Shown here: positions 60,601-64,000 of the stretch, in pieces
How the letters are laid out: every line of letters starts with the position of its first letter
Numbering within the stretch: the stretch's first letter is position 1
NCBI GenBank assembly: GCA_964016885.1
Contig: OZ024742.1
Coordinates: forward strand, 358,980,001-359,044,000
Length of the DNA: 64,000 nt
From: Eledone cirrhosa
Lineage: Eukaryota
Direction of reading: 5' to 3'
The notes under the pieces: generated by a model
What the model was told of the DNA's origin: nothing
Database searches by the model: none
Seen by the model: only the letters and a program-made list of their open reading frames with translations
Translations under genes and position numbers: made by a program

Positions 60601-63600
60601 AATGTCTGTTACAATGACTGTCAGATGGCAGTGACTGTTAGAATGACTGTCAGATGGCAGTGACTGTTACAATGACTATCAGCTGACATTGACTGTTACA
60701 ATGACTGTCAGATGACAAGTACTGTTACAATGACTATCATTTGACAGTGACTGGTACAATGACTGCCGGATGGTAGTTACTGTTACAATGTCTGTCAGAT
60801 GGAAGTGACTGTTACAGTGACTGTCAGACGGAAGTGACTGTTACAATGACTATCAGACAACAGTGACTGTTATAATGACTGTCAGATGACAGTGACTGTT
60901 ATGTTGTCTGTAGATGGTAGTGATTGTTACACTGACTGTCAGATGGTAGTGACTGTTACACTGACTGTCGGATGCCAGTGACTGTTACAAGGATTGTCAG
61001 ATGGTACTGACTGTCAGATGGCAATGTCTGTTACAATGACTGTCAGATGGCAGTGACTGTTACAATGACTGTCAGATGGCAGTTAGTGTTACAATGACTG
61101 TCAGATAGCAGTTACTGTTACCATGAATGTCAGATGGTAGTGACTGTCAGATGGCAATGTCTGTTACAATTACGGTCAGATGGCAGTGACTGTTAAAATG
61201 ACTGGCAGATGGCAGTGACTGTTACAATGACTGTCAGATGGGAGTGACTGTTACAATGACTTCAGATGGTAGTGACTGTTAAAATGACTGGCAGATGGCA
61301 GTGACTGTTAAAATGACTGGCAGATGGCAGTGACTGTTAAAATGACTGGCAGATGGCAGTGACTGTTACAATGACTTCAGATGGTAGTGACTGTTACAGT
61401 GACTGTCGGATGGCAATGACTGATACAATGAACTTCAGATGAAGGTGACTGTTACAATGACTGTCTGATGGCAGTGACTATTAAAATGACTGTCAGATGG
61501 CAGTGACTGTTACAATGACTCTCAGATGACAGTGACTGTTACAATGACTGCGTGATAACAGTGACTCTGTCAATGACTATCAGATGACAGTGACTGTTAC
61601 ATTGACTGTCAGATGATAGTGACTTTTACAATGACTGTTAGATAAACGTGACTGTTACAATGACTGTCAGATGGCAGTGAATGTTACGATGACTGTCAGA
61701 TGGTAGTGACTGTTACAGTGACAGTCGGATGGCAATTACTTTTACAATGACTATCAGATGAAGGTGACTGTTACAATGACTGTCGGATGGTAGTGACTGT
61801 TACGGCGACTGTCGGATGGCAGTGACTGTGACGATGACTGTCAGATGGCAGTAACTGTTGCACTGATTGTCAGATGACAAAGACTGTTACAATGACTGTC
61901 AGAATGCAATGTCTGTTACAATGAGTTTCAGATGGCAGTGACTGTTACAATGACTGTCAGATGGCAGTGACTGTTACAATGACTGTCAGATAGCAGTGAC
62001 TGTTACAATGATTGTCAGATGACATGGACTGTTACAATGATTGTCAGATGGCAATTACTGTTACAATGACTGTCAGATGGCAGTGAGTGTTACAATGACT
62101 GTCAGATGGCAATTACTGTTACAACGACTGTCAGATGGCAGTGACTGTTGCAATGACTATTAGATGACAGTGACTGTTACATTGACTGTCAGATGATAGT
62201 TACGTTTACAATAACTGTCAGATAAAGGTGACCGTTACGATGACTGTCAGATGGCAGTGACTGTTACAATGACTGTCAGATGGTAATGAGTGTTACAGTG
62301 ACTATCGGATGTCAATCACTGTTACAATGACTGTCAGATGAAGGTGACTGTTACAATGTCTGTCAGCTGGTAGTGACTATTACTGTGATTGTCGGATGGC
62401 AGTGACTGTTACAATGAATGTGAGATGAAGGTGACTGTTACAATGACTGTCAGATGGCAGTGACTGTTACAATGTCTGTCAGATGGTAGTGACTGTTACA
62501 ATGACTGTCTGATGGCAGTGACTGTTACAATGATTGGCAGAAGGCAGTGACTGTTACAATGACTGTCAGATAGCAGCTGCTGTTACAATGACAGTCAGAT
62601 GGTAGTGACTGTCAGATGGCCGTGACTGTTACAATGACTGTCAGATGTCAGTGACTGTTACAATGACTGTTAGATGGTAGTGACTGTTACATTGACAATC
62701 AGATAGCAAGTACTGTTACAATGACTGTCAGATCGCAGTGAGTGTTACAATGACTGTCAGATGGAAGTGACTGTTACAATGACTATCAGATGGTAGTGAC
62801 TGTTACAATGACTGTCAAATGGCAGTAACTGTTATAATGACTGTCGGATGGCAATGACTGTTACAATGACTATCAGATTGTAGAGACAGTTAAATGACTG
62901 TCAGATGGCAGTGACTGTTATAATGACTCTCAGATGGTAGTAACTGTTACATTGACTGTCGGATGGCAATGACTGTTACAATGACTGTCATATAAAGGTA
63001 ACTGTTACAATGACTGTCAGATGGCAGTGACTGTTACAATTTTTGTCAGATGACAAGGAGTGTTACAATGACTGTCAGATGGCCATGTCTGTTACAATGA
63101 CTGTCAGATGGCAGTTATGTTACAATGACTGTCAGTTAGCAGTTAACTTTTACAATGAGTGTCAGATGGTAGTGACTTGCAGATGGCAGTTACTGTTACA
63201 ATGACTGTCAGATAGCAGTTACTGTTACAATGACTGTCAGATGGTAGTGACTGTCAGATGGCAATGTCTGTTACAATGACGCTCAGATGGCAGTGACTGT
63301 TACAATGACTCTCAGATGGCAGTGACTGTTACAATGACTGTCAGATGGGAGTGACTGTTACAATGACTGTCAGATGGTAGTGACTGTTACAATGACTGTC
63401 AGATCTCAGTGACTGTTACAGTGACCGTAAGATGGCAGTGATTGTTACAATGACTGTCAGATGACAAGGAATGTTACATTGACTGCCTGATGACAGTGAC
63501 TGTTACAATGACTGTCAGATGACAGTGACTGTTACCATGACTGTCAGATGGCAGTGACTGTTACAATGACTATCAGATGTCAGTGACTGTTACAGTGACT

Positions 63601-64000
63601 GTCAGATCTCAGTGACTGTTACAGTGACCGTAAGATGGCAGTGACTGTTACAATGACTGTCAGATGGCAGTGACTGTTACAATGACTGTCAGATGGCAGT
63701 TAGTGTTACAATGACTGTCAGATAGCAGTTACTGTTACCATGAATGTCAGATGGTAGTGACTGTCAGATGGCAATGTCTGTTACAATTACGGTCAGATGG
63801 CAGTGACTGTTAAAATGACTGGCAGATGGCAGTGACTGTTACAATGACTGTCAGATGGGAGTGACTGTTACAATGACTTTCAGATGGCAGTGACTGTTAC
63901 AATGACTGCTAGATAGCAGTTACCGTTACAATGACTGTCAGATGGTAGTGACTGTTACAATGACTATCAGATGACAGTGACTGTTACAATGACTGTCAGA
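33678..64000. repeat. 29-bp satellite DNA array, consensus GACTGTTACAAT-GACTGTCAGATGGCAGT (about 1000+ monomers, runs off the window end)
   Basis: Direct tandem periodicity of 29 nt (e.g. TGGCAGTGAC at 33961 and 33990). Monomers are more diverged at the left edge. TGA/TAA occur on both strands, so there are no long ORFs. Confidence 0.98.

Noticed and set aside
33678-64000. CRISPR-like array or repetitive coding exon
   Set aside because: The repeats are contiguous with no unique spacers, the context is eukaryotic with no cas genes, and stops recur in all six frames.

Overview
Repeat-rich, AT-rich animal genomic DNA. The SINE families and TA/CA microsatellites resemble what I recall from octopus (cephalopod) genomes; this is an inference. 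No intact protein-coding gene is visible. The left half (1-33.6 kb) is a nested mosaic of: two tRNA-derived SINE families; three mariner relics; about nine 3' fragments of a CRE-like (RLE-type) non-LTR retrotransposon; RTE LINE pieces; Penelope-like element (PLE) remnants with hammerhead-ribozyme motifs and foldbacks; and a complete non-autonomous Helitron. The unique sequence between the repeats carries + strand exon-like blocks, with stops and frameshifts, whose translations follow the order of dynein heavy-chain linker (DHC_N2) and AAA1 motifs. This suggests a decayed, partly tandem-duplicated dynein-heavy-chain-like gene (inference from by-eye motif alignment). A 1.3-kb 10-bp minisatellite has expanded inside one of these blocks, while a paralogous block keeps the unexpanded seed. 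The right half (~33.68 kb to the end) is one continuous 29-bp satellite array with internal dyad symmetry and kb-scale higher-order duplications.
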